Source of the DNA: a virus
Lineage: Duplodnaviria > Caudoviricetes
DNA: 29,291 nucleotides
Reading direction: 5' to 3' (one strand)
Virus record (IMG/VR): IMGVR_UViG_3300009435_000038
Span: 1 to 29,291 of that record
The notes below the pieces were generated by a model. It was not told the origin of the DNA, searched no databases, and saw nothing but the letters and a program-made list of their open reading frames with translations. Positions 28,801 through 29,291 of this stretch are shown in pieces; within the stretch, counting starts at the first letter, position 1, and each line of letters begins with the position of its first letter. The translations under genes were made by a program, and so were the position numbers.

Positions 28801-29291
28801 CTATATTTGATAAAGTATTGTTGCTCGCATTAATTGTTTTGTTTGTAAGTGTATCAGTTGTTGAAGTTCCCACTATATTTGTAGTACTTCCTACTGTACC
28901 AGCAACCCATCGGTTTTCACTAACATCGTATAGTAATGAACCTGTAGCGTTGCCACCACTTGTTTCTTTTACAAAAAGTCCGCCATCGTTAGCACCAGCA
29001 TTTAGTTCTATAATTCTATCTGCAACATTTAATGTTGTAGAATCAATAATTGTCTCTGTACCAGATACAGTTAGATTACCTGAAATAACAACATTATCAT
29101 CCATTGTGATTGTTCCACCAGCAGAATCTATTGTAAGGTTACCAGAAGATGTATCAATTTCATTATCGCCAGTAACACCTACTTTAATATTTCCTAATGT
29201 ACCACCAGCAAATGTCGGTGAGTTTCCTGTTCCAACTGCCTGACCGATTGCTATATCATTAGCATTTACAGTAACACCAGTTCCAGCACCA
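22889..29291 (-). CDS. Giant fibre/receptor-binding-like structural protein (>2130 aa, 5'-truncated)
   Basis: The frame is open upstream of Met 29104 to the window end (GAGTGVTVNANDIAIGQAVGTGNSPTF...), so the true start lies outside. G/S/T-rich beta repeats (IGGW.IG...I); C-terminal domain ends in ACTYHCG. Confidence 0.85.
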   Translation of the reverse strand, partial: GAGTGVTVNANDIAIGQAVGTGNSPTFAGGTLGNIKVGVTGDNEIDTSSGNLTIDSAGGTITMDDNVVISGNLTVSGTETIIDSTTLNVADRIIELNAGANDGGLFVKETSGGNATGSLLYDVSENRWVAGTVGSTTNIVGTSTTDTLTNKTINASNNTLSNIANSSLSNSSVNFGGITVALGASDTTPAFDLTDANSLPIIAGTTGTLSVARGGTGATSLNNLITLSSHTTGDYVASLVAGTGIDLTNNSGEGATPTVTLDLTEVMANNSTANAVLTSDGDGTLTAETGLTYNGSTLAATGDLTTTGNITSQGDITFGDTDQISTATFTSGILGDGFRILDQGANGTLMEVDNVVVRNTLRTHIFQKDTVKATNGMLLVSDSGVISGSTGTTGAGTVTVEDEKSATFTSGQVAFFKDAGDDGTINTVKFTFNSNGTTSGVQSGFTKYDATANAGSLADLEPGGTFARISGGTVMIDASSANSPFIDINYESGSTTARFGNLAGITSPRFGALGSNFGFWASGSAFLEGTINALSGNIGGWGIGSTAISSSGGNVTIDAAAKRITINDDSNDRIYLGEIDGGSAYGIKIFQSGGGTSPSDSDILVELGENENKIVGWELVPGRFQFNDAAGSIALDATNKQLAIYTGSIDTAKPKVIVGNLPTTGDAKYGFAVFSGSSDADISDSSTTAVLITKDEAKLAGWDLVPGRLKSGTVADINGNQASIALGTGATSATGTPTDGLFFVSASTSPVFYVGSTFSYVDDVLTAGGWKIGKGQISSSNGQAILSGSGVLSLGSGTHNYAQANRTYIDGPGNRMSIGQNFTYTSNVLTAGGWTIGNGQINDTNSRVIINATSAYISIGTGTNAYNSANRIYLDGPNAKISIGTGFRYISDALTIDGNATIAGWAIGSGAISKNDVKLDSTTNAEGLYVKKTSFSSTTAGGFLGLDSGTAKFNVGDASKFIKFDGSDLTVDAGNFSLDSSGNMTATSATLTGTVTATAGEIGGFGISASTISSSNNSLIFRDNGQITGSAALFNGNIDVTGTGTIAAFTLGASSISSSGLLLKSSGEITGSKVDLTGGVIGGFTLDSTSISSSGLLLKSDGRITGSNVKFDGGEIGNFFLSDYLTSNSSKTTYNSSTSGVFIGSTGIGLGTGNFHVAADGTLTATSADITGDIVANTIIATTEGQIGQYSLSNTALTFESSSGVIDTRPPYGSSPFIDTLVVSTQSLSATNGNIKLDFKNLDFTNSHASNIPPTASKQEFSHIQVAVGGNSKMTTRWRQTPQFHGDSGQYAQVNGNLDSTGTVWEWALKNIGPDDVTEKLEISAISSSQGVGAALRFRSGSSLDKVVQMGTNIGTVGTTPIKGISILANDSSSYNDGGYATGMLLSGSMQGSKFIHAEIYVPTSSVQTFYGNGLIAMGGAASEIKVQPVFRGDNQILTTNAKGYLQEDLVQAYVRLTGSFDADMYNFNSVLSDYNPAGPDTGSFQEFQFYRAKSFTGKHTRKMVGYHYQSHAGTNPIEASAELIQNAASTTKYGLYSELNGSSTNSYNIYLANNTGGSSNHYSIYSTNGAAEMYHLGPITANSFRFIDGGAQTGISQSSSNMKVGDIYNNDTVVDIVAFGSTVAQFGDGEVTVTGGIVANTINTGQGANELYDMDQNVKTTSAPTFADLTISDDLLVNDFARIDALRVGNESTDPGDGNLYVEDYIYAPGLGTGLDNSVVILDSDNRLKTDEIDSRVWGTTLLDGTNGSNNEIAIFTDSNSVEGVTNLTYDNQTLSVGVNDSLPRLYLNSTSTGDNWTAQGAHISIGESAGGAASLDLTYTGDGYGRIGMGTVSNGIPQYGEIKFYYAADRIEIPSADVEIHNALSIGHTGTPAGTLDVRSSSGYMGIFRNTSTTDGDNSYILNLWHSQEDSTSDFDTSEHWIQFSDNSGTFLGEIIDEVTYSTFTGGHVSQIISGSATDNENEMKAWKPGMILKATGNLNVTGSTIGLAWPEVTVTTAEKDKAVMGVYNDIKPGSGSNWVGVYNNKNAVSSSTGDWGIGHNMHGLDPVKPALDYNAVGEGKILVTDTNGNIETGDYICSSARTGHGEKQDDDLLHNYTVAKATQPYNFASASNDADLGYKSVLIACTYHCG

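Noticed and set aside
29102-29104. Met at 29104 as the start of the giant protein
   Set aside because: The frame stays open with the same fibre-like sequence to the window end and no well-spaced SD is evident; this is an internal Met.
2379-29243. All plus-strand ORFs and short nested minus-strand ORFs (e.g. 2379-2810, 11995-12201 poly-Ser, 26142-26675, 28599-29243, 10385-10582)
   Set aside because: They lie within or largely overlap well-supported genes, have no recognisable motifs, and are explained by codon bias on the coding strand.
1-29291. tRNA or rRNA genes
   Set aside because: Intergenic gaps are at most ~125 nt and none shows a cloverleaf or T-loop signature.

Overview
This window is an AT-rich segment of a large tailed dsDNA phage genome with a T4-like head module. 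Every credible gene is on the minus strand. In transcription order (high to low coordinates) it holds: a giant 5'-truncated fibre-like protein; a GH108 lysozyme; a small disordered protein; an 878-aa fusion of a HIGH-type nucleotidyltransferase, a small beta domain and a ligase-superfamily KxDG domain; a Zn-finger-like protein; terminase large subunit; portal; two hypotheticals; prohead protease; a hypothetical; a phage-encoded ribosomal protein bS21; scaffold; major capsid protein; a terminator; neck/head-completion proteins; a gp15-like protein fused to a long beta-rich domain; and three more structural/fibre genes, the last collagen-like and 3'-truncated. The main leads are (i) bS21 inside the head operon together with SD-led late genes and a structured scaffold leader, (ii) the double nucleotidyl-transfer fusion protein, whose domain boundaries carry prohead-protease-like sites, suggesting a packaged and processed enzyme cargo, and (iii) a recurrent upstream motif that is the reverse complement of the T4 late promoter. 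All family calls come from motif recognition by eye; no searches were run.
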